Assembly: GCA_051954855.1 (NCBI GenBank)
Contig: JBQCHH010000008.1
Span: 18,978 to 82,977 of the forward strand
Direction: 5' to 3'
Length of the DNA stretch: 64,000 nucleotides
From: Solirubrobacterales bacterium
GTDB taxonomy: Bacteria; Actinomycetota; Thermoleophilia; Solirubrobacterales; 70-9
The notes below the pieces were generated by a model. That model was not told the DNA's origin. It saw nothing but the letters and a program-made list of their open reading frames with translations, and did no database searches. Of the stretch, positions 53,861-62,766 are shown piece by piece. Each line of letters starts with the position of its first letter. The stretch's first letter is position 1. Made by a program: the position numbers and the translations under genes.

Positions 53861-55435
53861 GTGCCAGAGAGCCCCGAAGCTCCCCGGCAGGGCATGTCGG
53901 GATACCTGCGCCGTCTGGCGACGACCGGCGCCGCCTACACCGCCGCCAGCATCTTCTCCAAAGTCATCGCGGTCGCCCTGCTGCCGCTCTACACGCGGTA
54001 CCTGACCACGACCGACTACGGCGCCGCCGAAGTCCTCTTCGCGGCAGTCGTCTTCGCCAGCATCGTCGTCCGCCTCGGCCTGATCGAGGCGATCCTGCGC
54101 TTCTACTACCTCGATGAGGAGGACCCGCGCGAGGTTGTGCGCAGCACCTTCGCCGGGCTCTTCTGGTTGGCGACGATCGGCGCCCTCGTCCTCCTGCCCT
54201 TCGCCGGGCCGCTCTCGGAAGCGCTGCTCACGAAATCCGCCCCCGGCCTGATGCGAATCGCGATCGGCGGGCTCTGGGTGCTGACGATGTGGGAGTTCAT
54301 GCTGACCCTGTTCCGGCTCGAGGAGCGCGCCCAGGCTTACTTCGTGACGACGCTCCTCAACGTGCTCGCCGCGATCGGCCTCACCGTCGTCCTCGTGGTC
54401 GGCTTCGAAGACGGCGCCCGCGGGCTGCTGCTCGGCAGCTACGCGAGCGGCGGCGTCTTCGTCCTCGGCCTGATCGTCCTCCAGTGGCGCCGGCTCTCGC
54501 TGCGCTTCGACCCCGCCCTGCTGCGCCGCCTCTTCCGCTTCGGCCTGCCGACGATGCCCGCCGAGGCCTCCCTCTACCTGCTCAACTTCGTCGACCGGCT
54601 GATCATCGTCCGCTCGCTCGGCCTCGCCGAGGCGGGCCTCTACTCCTTGGCGGTGAAGTTCGCCCAGGCGGTCAACGTCCTCGTCCGCGGCTTCCAGCTC
54701 GCCTGGCCGCCGCTCGCCTACTCGATCCGCGACGACGGCGAGGCCCGGCGCGCCTACGCCGTCGTCGTCACCCTCTTTGCCGCCGGCTGCGCCTGGGTCG
54801 TCGCCGGGATGTGGCTGTTCTCGCGCTGGATCGTCCGCGCCCTCGCCGCACCGGAATTCTTCGCCTCCTACGAGGCGATCGGCCTGATCTCGACCGGCGT
54901 CACCCTCTACGCCCTCTACCTGGTCCTGGTCGTGATCCTCGGCCGCACCGGCCGCACCGGGTTCAACTTCCCGGCGGCGATCGGCGGCCTCCTCGCCAAC
55001 GTCGCGCTCAACCTCGCGCTGGTGCCGGCGCTCGGCATCGCCGGCGCCGGCCTCGCCCTCGTCATCTCCTACCTGGTGGTGCTGGGGCTGATGTACGTGT
55101 TCACCCAGCGCCTCTTCCCGGTGCCCTACGAGTGGGGTCGCCTACTCCGCGTCATCGCCACCGTCGCCGTCCTCGTCGGCGCCGGCGAACTGCTCGTCCC
55201 CACCTCCGGTGCGCTCGGCCTGCTGATCCGCGCCGCTCTCTTCGCCGCCTACCCCCTGGCCCTCTTCATCACCGGCTTCTTCAGCGAAGGCGAACGCCGC
55301 TGGCTGGCCCGCCTCCGCGACCCGGGCGCAGTCATCGCCGCCCTCGCCTCCTTGCGAGCCGAGCCCGCCATGGTCGACGGCCGCGTCCCCGAGACCTACG
55401 AGGCCGAGCAGCTAGACGAAGACGCCCGCCTCTGA
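53861..55435 (+). CDS. MOP-superfamily polysaccharide flippase (Wzx-like)
   Basis: About 14 TM helices. N-terminal GAAYTAASIFSKVIAVALLPLYTRYLTTTDYG is typical of polysaccharide biosynthesis/export proteins. Confidence 0.75.
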   Translation: MPESPEAPRQGMSGYLRRLATTGAAYTAASIFSKVIAVALLPLYTRYLTTTDYGAAEVLFAAVVFASIVVRLGLIEAILRFYYLDEEDPREVVRSTFAGLFWLATIGALVLLPFAGPLSEALLTKSAPGLMRIAIGGLWVLTMWEFMLTLFRLEERAQAYFVTTLLNVLAAIGLTVVLVVGFEDGARGLLLGSYASGGVFVLGLIVLQWRRLSLRFDPALLRRLFRFGLPTMPAEASLYLLNFVDRLIIVRSLGLAEAGLYSLAVKFAQAVNVLVRGFQLAWPPLAYSIRDDGEARRAYAVVVTLFAAGCAWVVAGMWLFSRWIVRALAAPEFFASYEAIGLISTGVTLYALYLVLVVILGRTGRTGFNFPAAIGGLLANVALNLALVPALGIAGAGLALVISYLVVLGLMYVFTQRLFPVPYEWGRLLRVIATVAVLVGAGELLVPTSGALGLLIRAALFAAYPLALFITGFFSEGERRWLARLRDPGAVIAALASLRAEPAMVDGRVPETYEAEQLDEDARL

Positions 55436-55439
55436 CGGA

Positions 55440-56363
55440 TCAGACCCGAGGGCGGTCGCGGATCGATTCGCCGCGGTCGGGGAAGAGCGCCTGTCTCGCG
55501 TGAGCACAGTAGATCTGCGCCGGCTGGTTGGGGAGGACAGTTGCAACCAGGGCTCGGATTGCGTATGACCACGCGGTGAGCGCCCGCACCGCCAGCGCCG
55601 CCGCCCACCCGTGGTGCTTGCGCATGTACAGATCGCGGTTGCGATGGAATTCGACGATGCGGGGGAGGCCCTTGGCGAGGTCGGTGGAGAGCTGGTCGTG
55701 GTGGACGGCCTCGGCAGCCGGGACGAAGAGCGAGTGCCAGCCGGCGTCGGCCAGGCGCTTGGCGAAGTCGCACTCGTCGTAGTAGACGAAGAACGCCGGG
55801 TCCATGTAGCCGACTTCCTCCGCCGCCTCGCGGCGGACCAGCAGCGCGCTCGACTGGCCCCAGTCGACTCGCCGCGTCTCGGTGCCCTTGCTCTGCACGG
55901 TCAGCCAGCGATGCAGGAACAGCGCCCCGGCCGCCGCCGTCCCGACTCCAGGGAAGCGCCAGGCGCAGGGGACGGGACGACCAGCCGAGTCGAGCAGCTG
56001 CGCCGTCGCCGCGGCCGCTTTCGGGTCGGCGTCGAGGGCGGCAACCAGCGCCTCCGCCGCCCCCGGTCGCAGCTCGGAGTCCTCGTTCAGAAGCAGGCAG
56101 TACCTGCCTCGCGCCTCGCGCATCAGGGTCGAGTCGTTCTCCGCCTTGCCCGCCTGCCGCTCCAGCGCGATCAGCCGGATCTCGCCGCCGAGCGCCTGCA
56201 CCGCCTCGGCCGAGCCGTCGTCGGAGGCGTTGTCGAGGACGAGGACCTCGCGCTCCACGCCCTCGGGATGGGTGCGCTCGATCGAGGCCAGGCAGGCGAG
56301 CAGGTACTCGCGGCCGTTCGTGTTCACGACGCAGTAGGAGAGCGCGGGGGCCAAGGCGGTCAC
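55440..56363 (-). CDS. Glycosyltransferase family 2
   Basis: SYCVVNTNGREYLLACLASI, VLDNASDDGS, LLLNEDSEL (DxD-like), FFVYYDECDFAKR. Confidence 0.8.
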   Translation of the reverse strand: MTALAPALSYCVVNTNGREYLLACLASIERTHPEGVEREVLVLDNASDDGSAEAVQALGGEIRLIALERQAGKAENDSTLMREARGRYCLLLNEDSELRPGAAEALVAALDADPKAAAATAQLLDSAGRPVPCAWRFPGVGTAAAGALFLHRWLTVQSKGTETRRVDWGQSSALLVRREAAEEVGYMDPAFFVYYDECDFAKRLADAGWHSLFVPAAEAVHHDQLSTDLAKGLPRIVEFHRNRDLYMRKHHGWAAALAVRALTAWSYAIRALVATVLPNQPAQIYCAHARQALFPDRGESIRDRPRV

Positions 56364-56410
56364 GATAATCCGCCGCTCCGGATAACCGCTAATCGATTTG
56401 CAGAAATTCT

Positions 56411-57517
56411 GTGAAGGTCCAACTCGTCGATCCCTCTGCGTTCACGCCGCCCTACGACCGCGCCCTCGCGGCCGCGCTTGCCCGCGCCGGCGCCGAGGTC
56501 GAGCTGCTGACCACGCGCTTCCTCTACGGGCCCGTGCCCCCGGCGGAGGGCTACGAGGTCGACGAGCGCTTCTACCGCCGCAGCGCCGCCCGCGGGCTCA
56601 GCGCCCGGGGGCGCCTCCCGTTTAAGACGGCCGAGCACCTCGGCGACATGCTCCGCTTCCGCCGGGACGCCGCCGCCGACGTCGTCCACTACCAGTGGCT
56701 GACGATCCCGGGCCTCGACGTTCGCCTGCTGTCGCCGCTGCGACCGCGGGTGATGACCGCCCACTACATCCTGCCGCCGCGGCCGAGCCGCCGGGCGGTC
56801 CGCTCCGCCCGCCGCCTCTTCGACAGCATGGACGCCGTCGTCGCCCACTCCGAGCACGGCGCCGCCCGCCTCCGCGGCGAGGTCGGGCTCGACCCGTCCA
56901 AGGTCCGCGTCATCCCCCACGGCGCGTTCGACTACCTGACCAGGCTGCCCGAGGAGAAGCCGCTGCCGGCCGAGCTGGAGGGTGCCGAGGGGACCGTGGT
57001 CCTCTCCTTCGGCCTGCTTCGCCCCTACAAGGGGATCGAGAACCTGCTCGAAGCCTTCCGCCGGGTGCCCGACGCCGAGCTCTGGATCGTCGGCAACCCG
57101 CGCGTGGACGTCGGGCCCCTGCGCGAGCTGGCCGGTGGCCGCGTCCGCTTCGTCACCCGCTTCGTCGAGGACGCCGAGATCCCGGCGATCTTCCGCCGCG
57201 CCGACCTTGTCGTGCTGCCGTACCTGGATGCCGAGCAGTCGGGCGTCCTTTACACCGGCCTCGCCTTCGGCAAGCCGCTGCTGTTGAGTGCGGTCGGCGG
57301 GTTTCCGGAAGTGGCCGAGACCGGCGCCGCCCGGCTGGTCCCGCCCGGCGACACCGCGGCGCTCGCCTCGGCCCTGGAGGAACTGACGAGCGACGCGGCC
57401 GCCCGCGCCGAGCTCTCCGCCGCCGCGACCCGCGCCGCCGCCGGCCCCTTCTCCTGGGACGAGGCCGCCCGCCGCACGCTCGACCTCTACCGCGATTTGC
57501 TGGAGGCGCGGGCGTGA
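56411..57517 (+). CDS. Glycosyltransferase family 4 (GT-B fold)
   Basis: VVLSFGLLRPYKGIENL, LWIVGNP, ADLVVLPYLDAEQSGVLYTGLAFGKPLLLSAVGGFPEV (E-x7-E-like region). Confidence 0.8.
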   Translation: MKVQLVDPSAFTPPYDRALAAALARAGAEVELLTTRFLYGPVPPAEGYEVDERFYRRSAARGLSARGRLPFKTAEHLGDMLRFRRDAAADVVHYQWLTIPGLDVRLLSPLRPRVMTAHYILPPRPSRRAVRSARRLFDSMDAVVAHSEHGAARLRGEVGLDPSKVRVIPHGAFDYLTRLPEEKPLPAELEGAEGTVVLSFGLLRPYKGIENLLEAFRRVPDAELWIVGNPRVDVGPLRELAGGRVRFVTRFVEDAEIPAIFRRADLVVLPYLDAEQSGVLYTGLAFGKPLLLSAVGGFPEVAETGAARLVPPGDTAALASALEELTSDAAARAELSAAATRAAAGPFSWDEAARRTLDLYRDLLEARA

Positions 57518-58662
57518 CCACCCTCGCCGCGATCCTCTTCTGGCTCAGTGCCGGCCTGCTCGTCTACACCCACCTCGGCTACCCGCTGGTGCTGTCGGGG
57601 CTGGTGCGACTGAAGAAAGAGCGGCGGCCTTTTAAGCTGCGCGGCACGGGTTCCGGCCCAGAGCATCTCCCAACGGTCTCGCTGATCATCCCCGCCTATG
57701 ACGAGGAGGAGGTGATCGCCGCCAAAGTCGCCAACGCGCTCGCGCTCGAATACCCGCGCGACCGGCTGCAGGTGATCGTCGCCTCCGACGGTTCATCCGA
57801 TGCCACCGCCGCCCGCGCCCGCGCCGCCGGCGCCAGCCTCGTCCTCGAGCTGCCCCCCGGCGGCAAGGTCGCCGCACTCAACGCCGCCGCCGAGCAGGCC
57901 GCCGGCGACGTGCTGGCCTTCTCCGACGCCAACAGCGTCTGGAAGCCCGATGCGCTGAAGCAGCTCGTCGTCCCCTTTGCCGACCCCGCCGTCGGCTACG
58001 TCTGCGGTCGCGTTCGCTTTCTCGACCCCGAGGGCAACAACCTCGAGGGCGCCTACTGGCGCTACGAGATGGCGGTGCGGGAAATGGAGTCGGCGCTGGC
58101 CGGCGTCACCGCCGGCAACGGCGCCATCTACGCGGTCCGCCGCGACGCCTACATCCCCCTCGCCCCCTCCGGCAGCCACGACCTCAGCTTCCCCTTCCTC
58201 CTCGCCAAACGCCGCCTGCGCTCGCTCTACGCGCCCAACGCCCGCGCCGAGGAGAAGATGGTGCCGACGATCGAGGGCGAGTTCGAGCGCAAACGGCGGA
58301 TGATGGTCGGCCTCTGGGACATCGTCGTCGGCGAAGGAATGCTCTCGCCGCGCCGCTACCCGCCGCTGTTCGCCTTCGAGATCGCCTCCCACCGGCTGCT
58401 GCGGTACCTCAGCCCGCTGCTGCACCTCATCGCCCTCATCGCCAACGCCTTCCTGCTCGGCGCCGGCTGGTTCTACGTACTCGCCTTCGTCCTCCAGCTC
58501 GCCCTGATCGCCGCCGCCCTGCTCGGCCGCGCCATCCCGATCATCCCCTTCCGCGTTGCCCGCTACTACGCGCTGACCACCGCCTCGATCGCCGCCGGCC
58601 TCTGGGACCGCTTTCGCGGCGGTGCCGGAGGGCGCTGGGAGAAGGCAGCAGGAACCCGCTGA
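57514..58662 (+). CDS. Membrane-associated glycosyltransferase family 2
   Basis: GTG 57514, GTGA overlap. TM helix, VSLIIPAYDEEEVI, VASDGSSDAT, FSDANS, GNGAIYAVRR, C-terminal TM helices. Confidence 0.8.
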   Translation: MTTLAAILFWLSAGLLVYTHLGYPLVLSGLVRLKKERRPFKLRGTGSGPEHLPTVSLIIPAYDEEEVIAAKVANALALEYPRDRLQVIVASDGSSDATAARARAAGASLVLELPPGGKVAALNAAAEQAAGDVLAFSDANSVWKPDALKQLVVPFADPAVGYVCGRVRFLDPEGNNLEGAYWRYEMAVREMESALAGVTAGNGAIYAVRRDAYIPLAPSGSHDLSFPFLLAKRRLRSLYAPNARAEEKMVPTIEGEFERKRRMMVGLWDIVVGEGMLSPRRYPPLFAFEIASHRLLRYLSPLLHLIALIANAFLLGAGWFYVLAFVLQLALIAAALLGRAIPIIPFRVARYYALTTASIAAGLWDRFRGGAGGRWEKAAGTR

Positions 58663-59225
58663 TGCCGCGCGCCTTCGACATCCTCATTGCCGCGATCGCC
58701 CTCGCGATCCTCTCGCCGGTTCTCCTGATCGCCGCGATCGCGATCAAGCTGACCAGCTCCGGGCCGGTGATATACCGCCAGCGCCGCGTCGGCCTCGGTG
58801 GCCGCGAGTTCGAGATGTGGAAGCTGCGGACGATGGTCAGGGGCTCCGACCCGGTGGGGGTCGGCAAGGTCGTCTACCGCGACGACCCCCGCGTCACCGG
58901 CCCCGGCCGCTTCCTCCGCCGCACTTCGCTCGACGAGATCCCGAACCTGGTCAACGTCCTCCGCGGCGAGATGGCGATAGTCGGCCCCCGCCCGACGATC
59001 CCGACCCAGGTCGAGTCCTACACCCCCCACCAGAAACGCCGCCACGAGGTGCTGCCCGGGATCACCGGCTGGGCCCAGGTCCAGGGCCGCGCCGGCATTC
59101 CCTGGGAGGAGCGGATCGAGCTCGACGTCTGGTACGTCGACCACCGCACCCCCGCCCTGGACCTCCGCATCCTCCTCCGGACCGTGTACCTGGTCCTAAC
59201 CGGCCAAGGTCTAGCCCCCGACTGA
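58662..59225 (+). CDS. Small monotopic phosphoglycosyl transferase (bacterial sugar transferase, PglC/WbaP C-domain type)
   Basis: FDILIAAIALAILSPVLLIAAIAIKL, GPVIYRQRRVG, FEMWKLRTM, DDPRVT, LRRTSLDEIPNLVNVLRGEMAIVGPRP. Confidence 0.9.
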   Translation: MPRAFDILIAAIALAILSPVLLIAAIAIKLTSSGPVIYRQRRVGLGGREFEMWKLRTMVRGSDPVGVGKVVYRDDPRVTGPGRFLRRTSLDEIPNLVNVLRGEMAIVGPRPTIPTQVESYTPHQKRRHEVLPGITGWAQVQGRAGIPWEERIELDVWYVDHRTPALDLRILLRTVYLVLTGQGLAPD

Positions 59226-59272
59226 ACTGCATCAACTTCTACTTCTGCTGGGTGTAGAAGTTGATGCAGTTC
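59224..59272. terminator. 19-bp perfect-stem hairpin, AT-rich for this genome, immediately after the sugar-transferase stop
   Basis: GAACTGCATCAACTTCTAC (59224-59242), an 11-nt loop, then GTAGAAGTTGATGCAGTTC (59254-59272). No following T-tract. Confidence 0.45.
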
Positions 59273-59303
59273 GAGAGTGGGGAGACCACATAGGGTTTGC
59301 GAC

Positions 59304-59852
59304 ATGACCGATCGCCCAAAGGTCTCGCTGCGCCCGTTCCGGCTTGAGGACGTGCCAGCTGTGCACCGCTGGTTCAACAACCCGGAGGCGACGAAGACGC
59401 TGATGGAGCAGCGGGACGAGTTCACGCGGGAGCAGGCCGAGGCCTGGACGCGGCGGGCGATGGACGACTCCGGCGAGGACCGCAAGTTCGCGATCGAGGT
59501 CGAGGGCTACGACGAGCCGGTCGGCTTCACTGCCCTTTACGGGCTCTTCCGCCAGACCGCGCCCGAGCTCGGTGCGCTGATCGGCGACGACGTGCGCGGC
59601 AAGGGGGTCGGCCGCCGCGCCGAGGCGCTGACGATCGCCAAGGCCTTCGACGAGTACGGCGCCCACCGCGTCTACGGCCGCATCCCCGCCCGCAACGAGG
59701 TGGCGAAGAAGACGGTCGCCGGGCTCGGCTGGAAGCACGAGGGGACGATGCGTGCCCACCTCGCGCGCAGGGACGGCCCGCCGGACGACTGCGAGGTCTG
59801 GGGCGTGCTCCCCGACGAGTTCCGCACCGCAGCCGCGGACCTGCTGCGGTGA
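59304..59852 (+). CDS. GNAT family N-acetyltransferase (RimJ/RimL-like)
   Basis: LRPFRLEDVPAVHRWFNNPE, IGDDVRGKGVGRRAEAL, YGRIPARNEVAKKTVAGLGWKHEG. Confidence 0.8.
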   Translation: MTDRPKVSLRPFRLEDVPAVHRWFNNPEATKTLMEQRDEFTREQAEAWTRRAMDDSGEDRKFAIEVEGYDEPVGFTALYGLFRQTAPELGALIGDDVRGKGVGRRAEALTIAKAFDEYGAHRVYGRIPARNEVAKKTVAGLGWKHEGTMRAHLARRDGPPDDCEVWGVLPDEFRTAAADLLR

Positions 59853-60841
59853 GCTTCGCCGCCAAGGCCGAGCTGATCGAGGACCGCGGTGAGGCTGCGG
59901 CGGGCGACGAGTTCTTCCGCTCGCGCCCTTTTCTCGATGCCGAGGGAGTTACCCACACGCTCCGCATCGAGAGCGACGAGAGCGAACTGCTGGCTCCTCT
60001 GATCGTTCGCGAGATCGAGGGAACCGATGAGCGCGACGCGATCTCTCCCTATGGATATCCGGGAATCGTGGCCGGGGGGAGCCGGGGGTATACCCGCCGG
60101 AGCAACAGCGGGGAGGCTCCGTCGGATATACCCCCGGCTCCTTCCAACCTCGATCCGGCGGCGATCGACTGGGAGGGCACGGGCCTGGTCAGCATCTTCG
60201 TTCGTCACACGCTCGAGCCTGCGCTGTTGGCTGGTACCACCGAGCGGAACGTTGTTCAGATCGCCGACCCGAGCTTGCCGCCGAAGAGCCGGCCGAGCGA
60301 TCGCCGTCAGGTGCGGCGCAATCTCGAAGCCGGCTACAAGCTGGAGCTGGTCCCCGGACCCGAGACCAGTGCCGAGCAGCGTGCGGGTTTCCTCGATGTC
60401 TACGAGCAGACGATGCGCCGTACCGGGGCTGCTGACCATTACCTCTTCGGCGCGGCCTACTTCGAGCGCGTCCTCGAAGCGCTCCGCACCTGGCTCGCTC
60501 TCGCCTACGACCCCGAAGGCTCGATCGCCGCTGCCTCGATCGCAGCCGTCAGCGACGGCTACCTCCACTACTACCTCAGCGGCAGCGCCGATTCGCACCT
60601 GCGCGAGGCGCCGATGAAGAACGTCGTCAGCCGTCTCGTCGAACATGCCGCGGAGCTCGGCCTGCCCCTCAACCTCGGCGGCGGCATCCAGCCCGGCGAC
60701 GCGCTCGAGGAGTTCAAGCGCGGCTTCGCCAACCGCCGTCGGCCATGGCTCACCTCAGAGCTGATCTGCGACGCCGAGAGGTACGCGCAACTGAGCAGCG
60801 GTCGCGAGGCGGGCGGCTTCTTCCCCGCCTATCGCGCCTGA
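59849..60841 (+). CDS. FemAB-like / GNAT-fold (Acetyltransf_6-like) protein, putative aminoacyl or acyl transferase
   Basis: YYLSGSADSHLREAPMKNVVSRLVEHAAELGLPLNLGGG...LEEFKRGF resembles FemAB/BioF2-like GNAT proteins. GTGA overlap with the preceding GNAT. Confidence 0.5.
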   Translation: MSFAAKAELIEDRGEAAAGDEFFRSRPFLDAEGVTHTLRIESDESELLAPLIVREIEGTDERDAISPYGYPGIVAGGSRGYTRRSNSGEAPSDIPPAPSNLDPAAIDWEGTGLVSIFVRHTLEPALLAGTTERNVVQIADPSLPPKSRPSDRRQVRRNLEAGYKLELVPGPETSAEQRAGFLDVYEQTMRRTGAADHYLFGAAYFERVLEALRTWLALAYDPEGSIAAASIAAVSDGYLHYYLSGSADSHLREAPMKNVVSRLVEHAAELGLPLNLGGGIQPGDALEEFKRGFANRRRPWLTSELICDAERYAQLSSGREAGGFFPAYRA

Positions 60842-60845
60842 GTTG

Positions 60846-61682
60846 CTATTCGGACTTCTTCGCCGGTTCCGGTTCTTCCGGTTCCGCCGGCGTCGGGCCG
60901 GTGAAGGGGAAGTACTGGACCGGCTCACCGCCGTATTTGCCCCACGTCGCCTTGCCGAAGGCGCGGATCGCATCGAGCGTCGCCGCCCCCTCATAGCCCG
61001 GGCAGCCCAGCAGGTTGGTCCAGGTCGTCGCGGCGACGGCGTAGTTCATTTTGGTGTTCGGGAAGAACAGCGTCGCCCCGTACATCTCGTCGTAGAGGCC
61101 CTTCAGTTCCCGCTGGTCTTTTTCTGAGATGTCAGGGAAGTACTGGATCTCCATCCGCCCGTGCTCCAGCGAGTGGACGAAGTCGATCGGTTCCGGCATT
61201 TCGAAGTAGGCACCGTCGGCCTGCTGGTAGGGCGGTTCGACGTGGGGGCCGGAGGTTGGCGGGTTGGTTTCGTAGTGAGGTTCGGGCGAGCCGGGCGGAA
61301 TATGCTCGTGTCCCTCGTCCTTGAGGTGCAGTTCCAGGTAGCAACCGGCTTTTTCCGCCGCCTTTTTCAGGTTCGTGATCTTCGGCGGCGGTGGGATGAT
61401 GCCGGTCCGTTCGTCGGGCTGGACCCCGTTGGTCGAGCCGATTTCGGTGTTGAGGTTGATGTGGGCGCCGCCGGCATCGGCTTCGCCGGGACGCGTACCC
61501 CCGCTGCTTTCGCTGCTGCCGCCGCTGGCGACGATGAAGATCACCACCGCGACCGCGAGGATCAACGCCGCGACGACCGCGTAGCCGATGATCAGCCGGT
61601 TGCGGTTCGGTTTCTCCCCGCCTTGTTCGGCATCGATTCGCTCCTGCCGGAGCTGCTCCCTGTCTTTCCCACCCTCGGCCAT
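60846..61682 (-). CDS. DUF3105 domain membrane-anchored protein
   Basis: TM helix LIIGYAVVAALILAVAVVIFIV. NPPTSGPH, FVHSLEHGRMEIQY, as in DUF3105. Confidence 0.6.
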   Translation of the reverse strand: MAEGGKDREQLRQERIDAEQGGEKPNRNRLIIGYAVVAALILAVAVVIFIVASGGSSESSGGTRPGEADAGGAHINLNTEIGSTNGVQPDERTGIIPPPPKITNLKKAAEKAGCYLELHLKDEGHEHIPPGSPEPHYETNPPTSGPHVEPPYQQADGAYFEMPEPIDFVHSLEHGRMEIQYFPDISEKDQRELKGLYDEMYGATLFFPNTKMNYAVAATTWTNLLGCPGYEGAATLDAIRAFGKATWGKYGGEPVQYFPFTGPTPAEPEEPEPAKKSE

Positions 61683-61694
61683 CGGACTGAAAGC

Positions 61695-62612
61695 CTAATC
61701 GGCTCGCTCCATTTCGGCGGCGTCGCCGCGCACCCGCTCCCAGGGACGCGAGGCCCTCAGAGCACCCAGGACCGCCCGCGTCGCCGGCGCCCGGTTCAGC
61801 GCGTAGAAGTGGATGCCCGGCGCCCCGGCGATCAGCAGCTCGGCGCACTGTTGCGCGGCGTAAGCGATGCCGAGCTCGAACTCCCGCTCGGGGTCGCCGC
61901 CGGCCGCCTCGAAGGCGGCCTCCAGCGGTGGTGGGATCGTCGCGTCGCAGAGCTCGCAGATTCGCTTCGTCTGGGCGAAGCTGGCGACGGGAATCACGCC
62001 GGCGAGGATCGGGACCTCGATTCCCCGCGCCCGCGCCGCCCGCACGAAGTCGAAGTAGACCTGGTTGTCGAAGAAGAGCTGGGTGATCAGGAAGCCGGCG
62101 CCGGCGTCGACCTTCGTCTTCAGGTAGCGCAAGTCGGTCTCCGGGTCAGGCGCATCCGGGTGCACCTCGGGGAAGCAGGCGCCGCCGATCCCGAAGCTCC
62201 AGCCGGAGGTGATGAAGGCCGCCAGCTCAGCCGCGCTCCCCAGCCCTCCCTCGGGCTGGACGAAGTCCTCCTGCCCCCGCGGCGGGTCGCCGCGCAGCGC
62301 GAAGACGTTCTCGATCCCGGCCGCCTCGATCCGGTCCAGCGTCGCGCCCAGACCCTCGGTCGTCTCGCCGACGCAGCTGAGGTGGGCCATCGTCTCGAAG
62401 CCGAGCTCGTCCTTCAGCGCCGCCGTGATCTCGACCGTGCCGTCGCGGGTCGAGCCGCCGGCACCGTAGGTGACCGAGACGAAGTCCGGCTCCAGCGCCC
62501 GCAGCTCGCGCGCCGTCTCGTAGAGCTGCTCGGTCGCCGCCGCCGTCTTCGGCGGGAAGAACTCGACCGAGAAGGTCGGCCTCCGCTCAGCGATGATTTC
62601 GTCAATGCGCAC
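61695..62612 (-). CDS. metF: 5,10-methylenetetrahydrofolate reductase
   Basis: FSVEFFPPKT, FVSVTYGAGGSTR, AHLSCVG, ALRGDPP, ITQLFFD. GTG start. Confidence 0.9.
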   Translation of the reverse strand: MRIDEIIAERRPTFSVEFFPPKTAAATEQLYETARELRALEPDFVSVTYGAGGSTRDGTVEITAALKDELGFETMAHLSCVGETTEGLGATLDRIEAAGIENVFALRGDPPRGQEDFVQPEGGLGSAAELAAFITSGWSFGIGGACFPEVHPDAPDPETDLRYLKTKVDAGAGFLITQLFFDNQVYFDFVRAARARGIEVPILAGVIPVASFAQTKRICELCDATIPPPLEAAFEAAGGDPEREFELGIAYAAQQCAELLIAGAPGIHFYALNRAPATRAVLGALRASRPWERVRGDAAEMERAD

Positions 62613-62766
62613 GGGATGAGGGTAGCCGTCCCGCTCGTCCAGGCGTCAGCCGGCGGCTGCGAGAAACGCACTCGTGCCTAGTTAGAAACCTTCGAAGGCA
62701 AGTGCTTTACATCGATTGCCACCGTGGGAAGCTGATGGCCAGATCAAAAAAGAAACAGCGAGTGAC

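Noticed and set aside
62613-62715. Possible SAM-type riboswitch in the metF leader (minus strand)
   Set aside because: The leader is GC-rich and can pair locally. However, I could not match the conserved cores of SAM-I, SAM-II or SAM-IV by eye. It needs an Rfam cmscan before any claim.
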